Positions 18,305 through 29,187 of a stretch of 64,000 bases of DNA are shown piece after piece. The position numbers and the translations under genes were made by a program. The stretch covers positions 12,206-76,205 of IMG/VR virus record IMGVR_UViG_3300042542_002916; one strand, written 5' to 3'. Each line of letters begins with the position of its first letter. Within the stretch, counting starts at the first letter, position 1. The stretch comes from a virus. Below the pieces are notes generated by a model that made no database searches, was not told where the DNA came from, and saw only the letters and a list, made by a program, of their open reading frames with translations.

Positions 18305-18583
18305 TTAAATGTAGTCTTCGTCTTCTTCTACAGATGCGCCGCCTTTGCCGCCTTTGCCATCTTTTTGTAGAAGAGCCTTTATATCTAAACCATCTTTATA
18401 TAAAAGAGTTGAATCTTTAAAAACTACACTTCTCTTGCTTACATATCCGCCTTCTTGCTCTAGTTTAGCGTCAGCAAGTTCTTTAGTTGGGGCTAATACT
18501 TGTACGACCATAGTTACTTCATATGTGTAGCAAGAAGTGTCTTTAAACATATCAGCAATGCTGTTTGCTTTTTTCTCTGTCAT
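18305..18583 (-). CDS. Hypothetical protein
   Basis: 92-aa ORF in operon with AAGGA RBS. Confidence 0.55.
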   Translation of the reverse strand: MTEKKANSIADMFKDTSCYTYEVTMVVQVLAPTKELADAKLEQEGGYVSKRSVVFKDSTLLYKDGLDIKALLQKDGKGGKGGASVEEDEDYI

Positions 18584-18605
18584 TTTTTTCCTTTGCTTAG
18601 TGTTT

Positions 18606-19184
18606 TTATTGTATTTTTTTGAACCATTTTTGGTAGCCCTCTAAGACAGACTCTAGTCTATCTCGATAGACATTGTAAAAGGAGTCAATAGCTACTTTTG
18701 GTTCTTTAAGAGGTCCAAGACCAGCACTCCATTGGTAGTCATCGAAGGCAATAATCCCGCCTATATTAAGACACTCATATGCCGCTACTGCATCCTTTAA
18801 GACTCCGTATGCGGTGTGGTCTCCATCAATATAGATAAAGTCATACATTTCTCTATTATTTCTAAAGAAATGATCGCTTGTCCCTTTATATTTGACAATT
18901 TTTCTACTGTCTTGTCCATCTTTAGTTTTTGTATTGTAAAGCATCTCTACAGTAGACCAGTTCATTTGATGATGAGATGGCTCATCTGAGCCTTCCCAAG
19001 TGTCTACATCGATTAGAATAGAGTCTGGGTGGGTTAGTAGGTTCTCATATAGCCACACTGAAGCATCGCCAGTGTAAGCACCTATCTGAAGACAGCGAAC
19101 AGGTTTACCTACAAAATTACGCAATAAATGCGTATAAAAATTTTTCTGTCCGTCATTGACGAACCAATTGACATACTCGTCCAT
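18606..19184 (-). CDS. Class I SAM-dependent methyltransferase (Methyltransf_24-like)
   Basis: LQIGAYTGDAS, VDTWEGS, YDFIYIDGDH, GGIIAFDDY. Confidence 0.9.
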   Translation of the reverse strand: MDEYVNWFVNDGQKNFYTHLLRNFVGKPVRCLQIGAYTGDASVWLYENLLTHPDSILIDVDTWEGSDEPSHHQMNWSTVEMLYNTKTKDGQDSRKIVKYKGTSDHFFRNNREMYDFIYIDGDHTAYGVLKDAVAAYECLNIGGIIAFDDYQWSAGLGPLKEPKVAIDSFYNVYRDRLESVLEGYQKWFKKIQ

Positions 19185-19218
19185 TTGTCTCTCCCTTGTC
19201 TAGAGGGAGTCTATCAGA

Positions 19219-19854
19219 TTAGTACGGAGTAGCTCCACTAAAACTTGCATGAGCTGTTCCAGCCCAGAAACCGCCGCTGGAGCCATCAAAATAAGAGTTT
19301 AAAGTAGTTGATTTTTCTAACATAACAGAGTCCACATAAAAAATCTCCCCTGCTACAGCTGAACCTGTAACTACTCTAATAATCATAAAATTTGCAGAAC
19401 CTTGCTTTGTCACAGGAGCGCTTAAACGAACCCAGTTGCCTGTATATGATAAAGATTGAATACCAATGTTTGTTGCCGAAACTGTGCTACTAGAGTTTTG
19501 AGCCTCGTACTGTAACTGACGTAAAAAATAGTTTGCTGGTGAATTACCGCTGGCAAGTTTTACATATGCACTTAGGTAATAAGTGCCTTCTCCTGCTACA
19601 AGAGGAATCATAGATCCCTCGTTGCCAAACTGAGCACCTGACCCAGAGCCGTTAGTAACAGCTAGAGATGCAGAGCCAGTATTAAACTCACCTGTTGTTC
19701 TAGCAAGAGTTCCTCCTGCAGTTGCAGTCCAATTCGTTGTATTTACCTCAAAAGAAGGGTTAGTAATATAGTTAACTCTATATCCAAGTGCTGCAGGTTC
19801 TGCAGGGTTCTTTAAAAACCCAGCTCCGCTAGCTATTCCTAAACTTAATGGCAT
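19219..19854 (-). CDS. Carbohydrate-binding (CBM4/9-like) virion tip protein
   Basis: NYITNPSFEVNTTNW...YYLSAYVK...WVRLS...FYVDSVMLE...YFDG. Confidence 0.7.
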   Translation of the reverse strand: MPLSLGIASGAGFLKNPAEPAALGYRVNYITNPSFEVNTTNWTATAGGTLARTTGEFNTGSASLAVTNGSGSGAQFGNEGSMIPLVAGEGTYYLSAYVKLASGNSPANYFLRQLQYEAQNSSSTVSATNIGIQSLSYTGNWVRLSAPVTKQGSANFMIIRVVTGSAVAGEIFYVDSVMLEKSTTLNSYFDGSSGGFWAGTAHASFSGATPY

Positions 19855-19866
19855 ACCTGCTCCTAA

Positions 19867-21137
<1,271 letters not shown>

Positions 21138-21147
<10 letters not shown>

Positions 21148-21287
21148 TTACAGCTCCTTTTCTTCCACATCCAAATATGATGAACTGCCATAATAGCCAT
21201 AAGAACCCACATTAACTGCATCTCTGTAAGAGGAAATGACCAATCAGTAGAAGTAACTATTGTCTGATTATGGTTATCATGCTCCAT
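21138..21287 (-). CDS. Small membrane protein (49 aa; not in ORF track)
   Basis: [49 protein letters not shown]; GAGGGGG RBS; fills the gap and overlaps both neighbours. Confidence 0.55.
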
Positions 21288-21528
21288 TAGTTTCCCCCTC
21301 TACTAAAGAAACTTTTCCTTGATAGCAACAGTGAGCTGCTCCATTTAAAGTCTCAACTGCTGTATTGTAAATACCTTCAAGAAAATCTTCACGTCCAGTA
21401 GCCCATACTACATCTGAAATTAGCACCGTCTTGTTATCAGAGGTGTTTTTAATAGTTAGGTTAAGCAGTGGAGTGTTTGCGCTTTCTTCTGCTTTCCATT
21501 CAAATTTTCCTACTATTTCCATTGTCAT
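21277..21528 (-). CDS. Hypothetical protein
   Basis: ATGA-coupled to the upstream fibre gene. Confidence 0.55.
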   Translation of the reverse strand: MTMEIVGKFEWKAEESANTPLLNLTIKNTSDNKTVLISDVVWATGREDFLEGIYNTAVETLNGAAHCCYQGKVSLVEGETNGA

Positions 21529-22802
21529 ATTGCTGAGATATCCTTAATCGTGATAACTCCAAGCATTCCGCTATGGACTGAGCATTGATAAGCATATGCA
21601 CCACTTATATTAGCTGGTACTTGCCAGTATAAAGTTCCTGTTACCTTACCTTGAGCATTTGAACCTGTAGTAATTGTTCCATCGGGTGTCACATGGATTA
21701 AACCTGTGTTGTAGTTTGCTGCGCCAAGTGCAGTTTTGATTAGGAAAGGATGCCCAGTTACGGCTAAATTAAAGGCAATGGTAGTTCCTGAAATTGCGTA
21801 AATAGTAGGATTATTTCCAGTGTATTGATTATCAAAAAGATATGCTGAAGATCCACTATTAGTTACAGATAATCTAGTAATTGCAGGATATGCAACATCG
21901 TCAATAGTTGTTGATGCTGCAGTTGCGTCTGTAGTACCACTAAAAGTTGCAGCGCCAGTTGGACCCGTTGGTCCTGTAGGACCAGCACCAGTAGGACCTG
22001 TAGGCCCAGCAGGTCCAGTTACCGTGCTTGCAGCACCAGTTGGTCCAGTCGCTCCAGTAGCCCCAGCTGCACCACTTGCACCAGTAGCACCCGTTGGTCC
22101 TGTTGGTCCACCCGATGGGCCAGTTGGGCCTTCAACACCTGTCGCACCTGTAGGACCAGTTGGTCCACCCGATGGACCTGTTGGACCTGTAGGTCCAGTC
22201 GGTCCCGCGCCAGTCGCACCTGTTGGACCAGTTACACCACTAGCTCCAGTTGGGCCCACCGGGCCAGTTACGCCACTACCTGTTCCAGTACCTACTTCTT
22301 CCCAGCCAGCAGAAACTTTAACTTCTAAATTTTCTGTTTCAGTATTGAATCGTACATACCCTGTCTCAGCTGATGCAGGTCGTTGTCCTGTAGTCCCAGA
22401 TTCTAAATACAAAGTATTGTTATCGCCACGAATAACTTTATTAGTTAAAGTTTGAGCAATATTTTCTGGTTGAACAGAGTCTTCTTGAGATACACCATTA
22501 ATACTAAAAGAGGTTTGTGCGACAGAAGTTCTGACATAAATTGTGTCACCACTATTTATAGCAAATCTAAATGTTTCAAAAGACTGCCCTACTTCTACAA
22601 CTAAATTAGAAGCTATATAAGCATATTGAGAAGCTTGAACAGTATTTGGAGGTACTACCCAAATACTTACTTTTGTTACAGGAGTTGCATTAATTGCTTT
22701 ATTTGCGACCACAACTGAAACAAGATAGTTTGCATTTGAATTGTAAAGTACCGAGTCTGTGTTAGCTGCAGGGTTGCTGAGTCCAAGTCGTAAAATTGGC
22801 AC
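21525..22802 (-). CDS. Collagen-like virion fibre with C-terminal cupredoxin (plastocyanin-like) domain
   Basis: GPT triplets; [11 protein letters not shown] neck motif; GHPF...[11 protein letters not shown] type-1 copper ligand set. Confidence 0.85.
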   Translation of the reverse strand: MPILRLGLSNPAANTDSVLYNSNANYLVSVVVANKAINATPVTKVSIWVVPPNTVQASQYAYIASNLVVEVGQSFETFRFAINSGDTIYVRTSVAQTSFSINGVSQEDSVQPENIAQTLTNKVIRGDNNTLYLESGTTGQRPASAETGYVRFNTETENLEVKVSAGWEEVGTGTGSGVTGPVGPTGASGVTGPTGATGAGPTGPTGPTGPSGGPTGPTGATGVEGPTGPSGGPTGPTGATGASGAAGATGATGPTGAASTVTGPAGPTGPTGAGPTGPTGPTGAATFSGTTDATAASTTIDDVAYPAITRLSVTNSGSSAYLFDNQYTGNNPTIYAISGTTIAFNLAVTGHPFLIKTALGAANYNTGLIHVTPDGTITTGSNAQGKVTGTLYWQVPANISGAYAYQCSVHSGMLGVITIKDISAI

Positions 22803-22811
22803 CTGAGCCTC

Positions 22812-25800
22812 CTAAGCCTGAGCTTCAGACCATGAAAGTTTGGCTGATGCTAGTGTTGAGTTTCCTGATAAACGAGCTACTGCAATAGTAATAATATCAG
22901 GTCCGTCAGGGAAAATGCTGTCTCCACCGAGGATTGAGTTAGACATTTCAAACAAACTACTTACGTTTGCCACTGTAGTTCCTATAGCTCCGCGGAAGTT
23001 GTAAATTTGAACTCCACCAGAAACAGTATCTGCTGCGGTATGTTCAACAATCTGAGTCAATGAAGGTGAGTCAACTCCAACAAAGTTCAAGTTATTTAGA
23101 CGTGGGTTGAGAAGAACTTTAACGTCAACAAGCTGATCAGTTGAAACTGCAATTTCATTTAATCGAAGCTGCATTCGGTTAATAACATCTCTATCTCCAA
23201 GTTTACCTGTCAAACCTTCAGATACAGATGGGCTCAAACGAAGAGAGATAAGAGGCTGATAGTTTGGACCAGAAGTATTGTTTAGTGAGCCATCTGGATA
23301 CAAGAAGTATGTAAACTGTGTGTTTCCTTGACCAGTGAAGTCAATTACTTCAGCAATAATTGAACCAGATTCAACCAAAATGGTTTGATTAGTTCCAACA
23401 GATGGATATGTGAAGGTATTAGTTCCAGTTACAGTAACTGTAAAGGCTCCGTTTGCAACTCCAGTTGGAGAAGTTGCTGGCTGATTTCCGTTTAGGACAG
23501 TGTTTGCTACTCCGTAAACTCCAACATACATACCAGTTGTTAGGTTATGAGGTGCAACTGTAGTAACTGTCATAACGTTAGATGTTCTTGCAAATGATGC
23601 ACCAGTGCTGATTGTTGATGCTAGAGGTGATAGATGTATCAAGTTTGCAGAGTTAGCAATTACCTTATACCGTTGACCGTTTGTTAGATTTGCAAGAGTA
23701 TTAGATCCAACAATTCTAGTTGGAGGGTTTTGTGTATTTGCTCCTCGTACACCGCTTGATCCAATGGACTCAAACTGAACAATGTCACCGCTTCTAAAAC
23801 CGTGAGTTTGTACAGTCATCAAATCATTTGTTAAGTTAGTACCAGTAGAAGCAAACGACTTAGCGGTTGTTCCACGAATATCCAAAGTCTGGCTGTTTTG
23901 GCTGAAGAGGTATGCATTGTCATCATCAAAACGACCATCCATCATTACCGAAGTTCCCCAGTGGAATAGGGAAGGAATGTATGTTGGGTTTTCATATGTT
24001 ACAACTTCATAACGAGCTGGCATGTTACCAGAGCGCAAGTATGATTCAAACAAGTTGTTGTTGTGAACATATTCGTGAACATACTGAACTTGTCCATCGG
24101 TTGTCTTAAATCCGTAGCGAATTTTACCTGCTCCGTACCAAGAGTAGTCAATGTAAGCCATCTGAATTCTTGACAAATCAAGATTGTAGCCAGTAACACC
24201 AGTTCCATCACAAGGGTCAATTGACCAGTCTTCTTGTGGAGTTTTTGTGTTAACAGTCTTTGTCACAATGATGCCTGACTTAGCAGGTGTAAGTGAGTGA
24301 ACTGTTGTAGTTCCAACACTTGAAAGGTTTACAAAACCTTCAGCATCTGGTGCAGATTTTAGTTTAAATGTGTTTCCATTGATAAGACTGATGTAGTAAG
24401 TTCTACCGTTTACCAATCCACCAATTGGTTCACCGTCAATTGAGTTATAAACAACTGGTAGTAGATCAGTTAAACCATGTCCATTAATTGTAAAGACATC
24501 TGTTGATGTATTCACAACTGTTGCTGGATTAAATTCTTTCTCTGGTCCAGATGAGCCCTTATATTCAGGACGCACTGACATACGGGTTTCTGAGTCAATT
24601 TGTGTAATGCGATAGCTTTGACCGCGCATAACAACAAAATCGCCAACATCTAACTGCGCTTGGAAACTTGTTCCAGTTCCAAAGATAAGTTCTGAACCTT
24701 GCAAAGCAGCAGCAGTTCCACCTATTTGCTGAGTTGAAGAACGACGCACTGCGTAGATTTTTTGTCCATCAAACTCAAAATACATACCGTTTTGGAAGTC
24801 ATACATACCAGTACGGACAGCTCCACCTTGCCACTCACGGACGTAGAACTGAGGGAATCCATAAGCACGGTTTTCTGGAATACCGCCATCTCTGCTGATT
24901 CTAAAAGTTGTTAAATTGATTACTGTTACTTGGAAAGCTCCATTGTAAATAGTACTTGTATTTCCATAAGAATCCTTTGCTTCACTAATAAACACAAAGA
25001 GGTCATTAATCAAACCATGAGGACGACGAGTCTTACATTCAATAGTTGTAGCACTAGTCTTAATCATGCTTTCAAGGTCGATAGATGGCTTGAAGTTGAT
25101 ACCGCAAGAAGTCTGAAGACCTTTACCTGACTGGTAGCGGAAGTACTTACGGGTTTGACGAACAATTGAACCCCAAGAAGTTCCACTTCCAACGGACATT
25201 TCAACGCCGCCGTCGAATGGACGGTGAAGGCTGTAACCTTCTGGACGAACATAGATAAATGTTGGATAAGAGTATGAAACTGCGTTGTATGCAGTTGCAT
25301 ACGGGCGATCTACAGAAATCTGTGTATCAGAACCAATAGCTGCAATACGACGAATAATTGGTCCTACTGGGATTGTTTGTGTAAATGCAAACAGTGAACC
25401 AGTTCCTACTGTACTAAAATCTGCAGGGCTTGTATTAGTTGTTGCATCTGCTGCAGACCCATGTAATGTTATTTGAGTATCACTAATCTTACGAACAAAG
25501 TAGTAATAACCGTCAACCAATGGGCTAGGAGATACTCCACCATTTGCACCAAATTTAACTGCATCACCCGTCGCAAAGTTGTGTGTGCGTGTAATACGGT
25601 TAGTTACAGTATCAACGTTTACTGCAGCAAAATCTGTTTGATCTGCATACAGTCTAAAGGCTAAACCAGTTCCAGCTGCAGTTATATCAACTGTGTTAGT
25701 TCCAGCATTAGCGTCTGCTTCTGTTGGGTGCAACGTTAAAGTTGTAGCACCTGTTCTACGAACAAAGTAAGAATCGTTATTTGTTAATCCAGTTGGAGAA

Positions 25801-28800
25801 GTTCCTCCACCATTGTTAAATATAACTTGACAACCTGTAGAAAAATTATGTGCTTTAGTGATTACATCTGTGCTTGTATTAATATCTGATGCTGCAAAAA
25901 TTACAGACAGATTGACAGCATTTGCACTTATGGTAAATGCAGTGCCAGTTCCAGCAGTTGTTATGTCTATAGTGTTGGTTCCTGCAATAGCATCTGCAAC
26001 AGTTGTATGAAGCGCAATTGTTGAGGAGGATGCGGCACGAACATAGTAAGTAGCTCCCTCAACTAGAGGTGCAGGAGCTGTTCCACCGCCTGCAGAGAAG
26101 ACAACTTCTTGTCCTGTAGGTAACGTATGGGCTTTACCAATTAAATTAGTTGATGTGTTTACATCTGCTGCTGCAAATGTTAAAGTTCCATGACTTTTTG
26201 TTATGTTAGGTGGGAATAGACGGAATCTATCTCCCACTTTAAGGATTTTTGTAAACTGAGTACCAGTACCAGTCACAAGAACAGAGCCAGAGGCAATAGT
26301 TACTGAACCAGCTCCAGTTACGTTACCATTAATTTGAGAAGAAGTGAATTGATGAGCAACACCTGTTCCAAAATCAGCAACAGTAACTACAACACCTGTT
26401 GCTGCATTTGCAGCAGATGATGCAAGACGTATGTAGTCTTTATTAATTGCAACTACATAATAGTTTGTCAAATCTGTCAAACCTGAGATTGCAGTTGCTG
26501 CAGGTCCTTTATCGTATAGAACTTTTGTTCCAGTCAAGAAACCATGAGAAGGGATGAAAAAAGCGTTTTGAACAATATCAATTGTAGATCTTGGGTTAAA
26601 TATTTTTTCAATTTCTGGAACTTGACCTTGTGCTGTAACCGTAAATGTATTTGGAGCACCGTTAGGCAGAGTAGTAATGTTGTAAATACCATCTGGAGTC
26701 TTTGACAAAGACTGTAAAGTGTGTCGCCCAACACCTGCTGGTGTATCAGTAATGTTCACTGCAGTTCCAGCAACAGCATTTTCAGGAGTTGTTGCAAGTT
26801 TAATATTATCTTGATCAACAAAGATAATGTAGTAAGGAGTTGCAGTTGTTAAACCATTAACAACAGTTTGACCCTTAGCATCATAAAGAACCAATTCACC
26901 TTGTAAGAACCCGTGACTTGGGAGGGTAATTCTGTCATCTGCATAGTCAAGTGCAGTAATCAGCAATTGCTGAGTTCCAGTTCCTGCACCAGTGATGTCA
27001 GCAAAAGATGTAAGAGCAGTAGATGTAGCCAGTCTTACAATGCTATTGTCGACTTTTTTAATGTAGTAAGTACCGTTATTGGATAAACCTGGAATTGTTG
27101 TTCCACCGTTATTTGAATAACGAACAGTTTGACCATCTACTAATCCGTGGTTTGCAATATATAGAGTGTTTTCAGTAATATTAACTGTTGCAAATATAAA
27201 GCTATGAGCTGTTCCAGTTCCTGCAGCAGTAAGATTAATATAAGTATTAGAATTAAGAGCAAGTTTTAGTCTAATTCTGTTTGCATCAAGTACTTCTTGA
27301 ACATAATATGTAGATCCGTTTACAAGCGGTACAATAGAAGTTCCTCCGCCATTGCTGTAAATTAAAGGCTGATCTACTTGGAAACCATGACTACTAATTG
27401 TCAAAGTGTCCTCAGCAACGTTTGCAACAACTCGACTGATAGTTGAGCTTGTTGTTGTTTCTCTTGTAGAAGGAAGAGTTAAGTTGATAGTTGTAAAAGT
27501 CGGGCTAGGAGTACTGCTTAAGCGATATGTAAAATTGTTTACAGTATTTACATAATATGTAGTTGCATTTGTAATACCTGCAGGAGCCGTACCATTAAAG
27601 TTTACAACTACAGCTTCACCATTTACAAGGTTATGAGCTGCTGGAGAGTGAATTAAATCGTTTTGAGAATCATAGTTAATTGGAAGAAATGCATGATATG
27701 AACTACCTGCAGGGGCAATTGCAATCTTATTTGTTCCAGCTTCAGAATCTGCAGCAGTTGGGTAAACTTCGTTACCAGTTGTAAACGAAGAAATAATTGA
27801 CATTACAACAGAGCCTTCACCAGTGTTAAAGGAAGCAAGGTTTGTAATAGCAGCACCGTTAAATGTGTTTTGTCCATCAAATAAACCTGTAGATGTTGCT
27901 ACGTCTGTTGCTTTAGCTGTGATAAATGAACCACCGCCACCACCAGAATGACCTGCAGTAAGAGAACGAGCACCGCCACCACCTGAATAGCCTCCGCCAC
28001 CACCAGACTGTCCTGTGATATCACCGTCTGATTGACCGCCACCACCAAAACCGCCATACCCACCTATGCGAGCGTTTGTTCCCATAGATAGTCCGTCAAG
28101 GAATGACCCTCCACCGAGGAATATGGTTCCGCTCACGTTACTGCTTTCACCGCGAGAGAAGAAACCTCCACCAGCAGCAGAGCGACCACCAGCAGAACGT
28201 CCACCAAAACCAATTGCTCCACCTGCAATAGTGTTATTTGTCGATGTTCCAGCTAGTTGATTAAGTACACCATCTCGACCTGCACCAGTATTTGATTCAC
28301 CAGAACCGCCACCTGCAACAAATAAAGGCTCGTTACCAGTTTTACGAACAACAAATGTTCCACCACCAGAGCCACCCCATACACCACCAGAGGAAGGTGC
28401 AGCGCCTCGCTGACCAACAACAATCGTGATAATTTCACCTTTAGTTAAAGCAACTCGGCCTCTAACAACTGCACCGCGTCCAACTCCACCTGTACCAGAA
28501 CCATCAAATCCAGCGGCTCCAGATGCAGTAAATTGGTAAATACCAGAAATTGGAACTACCCAGTCTTGATAGCCTTGAAAAGCACCTTGCGTAAGGTTTT
28601 GTCCATGCCAAGAAGTGCTATATCCAGCCAGTATTTGTGCGCTATTTGGACCAACTCGTCCTGTTTGACCGCATGTTGTGAATGTGTGAGTGTTTCCTGA
28701 AATTGTATATAAAGACTGGACTCCAGTAAATGTAGCTGTTACGTTCTTTAAAAAGTATGTGTTTCCAGAAGTCAAACCAGTGATAGGTGTCCCAGCTGTA

Positions 28801-29159
28801 AAGTACTTGACAGCTTGATTGCTAGGAGTAGAGCTACCAATATTAAGAACAGTATCGTTAATTACAGGAGCATTGAGAGTAACTCCTCCAGCAACAGCTC
28901 CAGTAATGTTGATATCTACAGAACTGCTATTTAAAAATTTTAAAACTCTGTTAGATGCTTTTTGTGCATACACAAGGGAACCACTTGTTACACCTGTAAC
29001 TTGACCTACTCCATCAGAATAGATGTAGCTAGTTCCTGTGTTGATTGCTGCAGGAATGTTAGAATCTCTAAAATAGATAAAGTTTTCTACATCATTAACA
29101 TTGGCTCTTCTGAATGAGTGAACACCAGCAGCGCCAACAGCAGATACATTTATAGCCAC
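22812..29159 (-). CDS. Large virion structural/adhesin protein (2115 aa): ALK/LTK-like Gly-rich domain, many HG..G..V.Y...GL....YYV modules, conserved RQTRKYFRYQSGKG / DYSWYGAG domain
   Basis: GTG start with GGAGGT RBS; repeated ~70-aa beta modules; Gly-rich segment near the N-terminus. Confidence 0.8.
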   Translation of the reverse strand: MAINVSAVGAAGVHSFRRANVNDVENFIYFRDSNIPAAINTGTSYIYSDGVGQVTGVTSGSLVYAQKASNRVLKFLNSSSVDINITGAVAGGVTLNAPVINDTVLNIGSSTPSNQAVKYFTAGTPITGLTSGNTYFLKNVTATFTGVQSLYTISGNTHTFTTCGQTGRVGPNSAQILAGYSTSWHGQNLTQGAFQGYQDWVVPISGIYQFTASGAAGFDGSGTGGVGRGAVVRGRVALTKGEIITIVVGQRGAAPSSGGVWGGSGGGTFVVRKTGNEPLFVAGGGSGESNTGAGRDGVLNQLAGTSTNNTIAGGAIGFGGRSAGGRSAAGGGFFSRGESSNVSGTIFLGGGSFLDGLSMGTNARIGGYGGFGGGGQSDGDITGQSGGGGGYSGGGGARSLTAGHSGGGGGSFITAKATDVATSTGLFDGQNTFNGAAITNLASFNTGEGSVVMSIISSFTTGNEVYPTAADSEAGTNKIAIAPAGSSYHAFLPINYDSQNDLIHSPAAHNLVNGEAVVVNFNGTAPAGITNATTYYVNTVNNFTYRLSSTPSPTFTTINLTLPSTRETTTSSTISRVVANVAEDTLTISSHGFQVDQPLIYSNGGGTSIVPLVNGSTYYVQEVLDANRIRLKLALNSNTYINLTAAGTGTAHSFIFATVNITENTLYIANHGLVDGQTVRYSNNGGTTIPGLSNNGTYYIKKVDNSIVRLATSTALTSFADITGAGTGTQQLLITALDYADDRITLPSHGFLQGELVLYDAKGQTVVNGLTTATPYYIIFVDQDNIKLATTPENAVAGTAVNITDTPAGVGRHTLQSLSKTPDGIYNITTLPNGAPNTFTVTAQGQVPEIEKIFNPRSTIDIVQNAFFIPSHGFLTGTKVLYDKGPAATAISGLTDLTNYYVVAINKDYIRLASSAANAATGVVVTVADFGTGVAHQFTSSQINGNVTGAGSVTIASGSVLVTGTGTQFTKILKVGDRFRLFPPNITKSHGTLTFAAADVNTSTNLIGKAHTLPTGQEVVFSAGGGTAPAPLVEGATYYVRAASSSTIALHTTVADAIAGTNTIDITTAGTGTAFTISANAVNLSVIFAASDINTSTDVITKAHNFSTGCQVIFNNGGGTSPTGLTNNDSYFVRRTGATTLTLHPTEADANAGTNTVDITAAGTGLAFRLYADQTDFAAVNVDTVTNRITRTHNFATGDAVKFGANGGVSPSPLVDGYYYFVRKISDTQITLHGSAADATTNTSPADFSTVGTGSLFAFTQTIPVGPIIRRIAAIGSDTQISVDRPYATAYNAVSYSYPTFIYVRPEGYSLHRPFDGGVEMSVGSGTSWGSIVRQTRKYFRYQSGKGLQTSCGINFKPSIDLESMIKTSATTIECKTRRPHGLINDLFVFISEAKDSYGNTSTIYNGAFQVTVINLTTFRISRDGGIPENRAYGFPQFYVREWQGGAVRTGMYDFQNGMYFEFDGQKIYAVRRSSTQQIGGTAAALQGSELIFGTGTSFQAQLDVGDFVVMRGQSYRITQIDSETRMSVRPEYKGSSGPEKEFNPATVVNTSTDVFTINGHGLTDLLPVVYNSIDGEPIGGLVNGRTYYISLINGNTFKLKSAPDAEGFVNLSSVGTTTVHSLTPAKSGIIVTKTVNTKTPQEDWSIDPCDGTGVTGYNLDLSRIQMAYIDYSWYGAGKIRYGFKTTDGQVQYVHEYVHNNNLFESYLRSGNMPARYEVVTYENPTYIPSLFHWGTSVMMDGRFDDDNAYLFSQNSQTLDIRGTTAKSFASTGTNLTNDLMTVQTHGFRSGDIVQFESIGSSGVRGANTQNPPTRIVGSNTLANLTNGQRYKVIANSANLIHLSPLASTISTGASFARTSNVMTVTTVAPHNLTTGMYVGVYGVANTVLNGNQPATSPTGVANGAFTVTVTGTNTFTYPSVGTNQTILVESGSIIAEVIDFTGQGNTQFTYFLYPDGSLNNTSGPNYQPLISLRLSPSVSEGLTGKLGDRDVINRMQLRLNEIAVSTDQLVDVKVLLNPRLNNLNFVGVDSPSLTQIVEHTAADTVSGGVQIYNFRGAIGTTVANVSSLFEMSNSILGGDSIFPDGPDIITIAVARLSGNSTLASAKLSWSEAQA

Positions 29160-29187
29160 TTAAAGACCTCCATACAAAAAGTTACCA

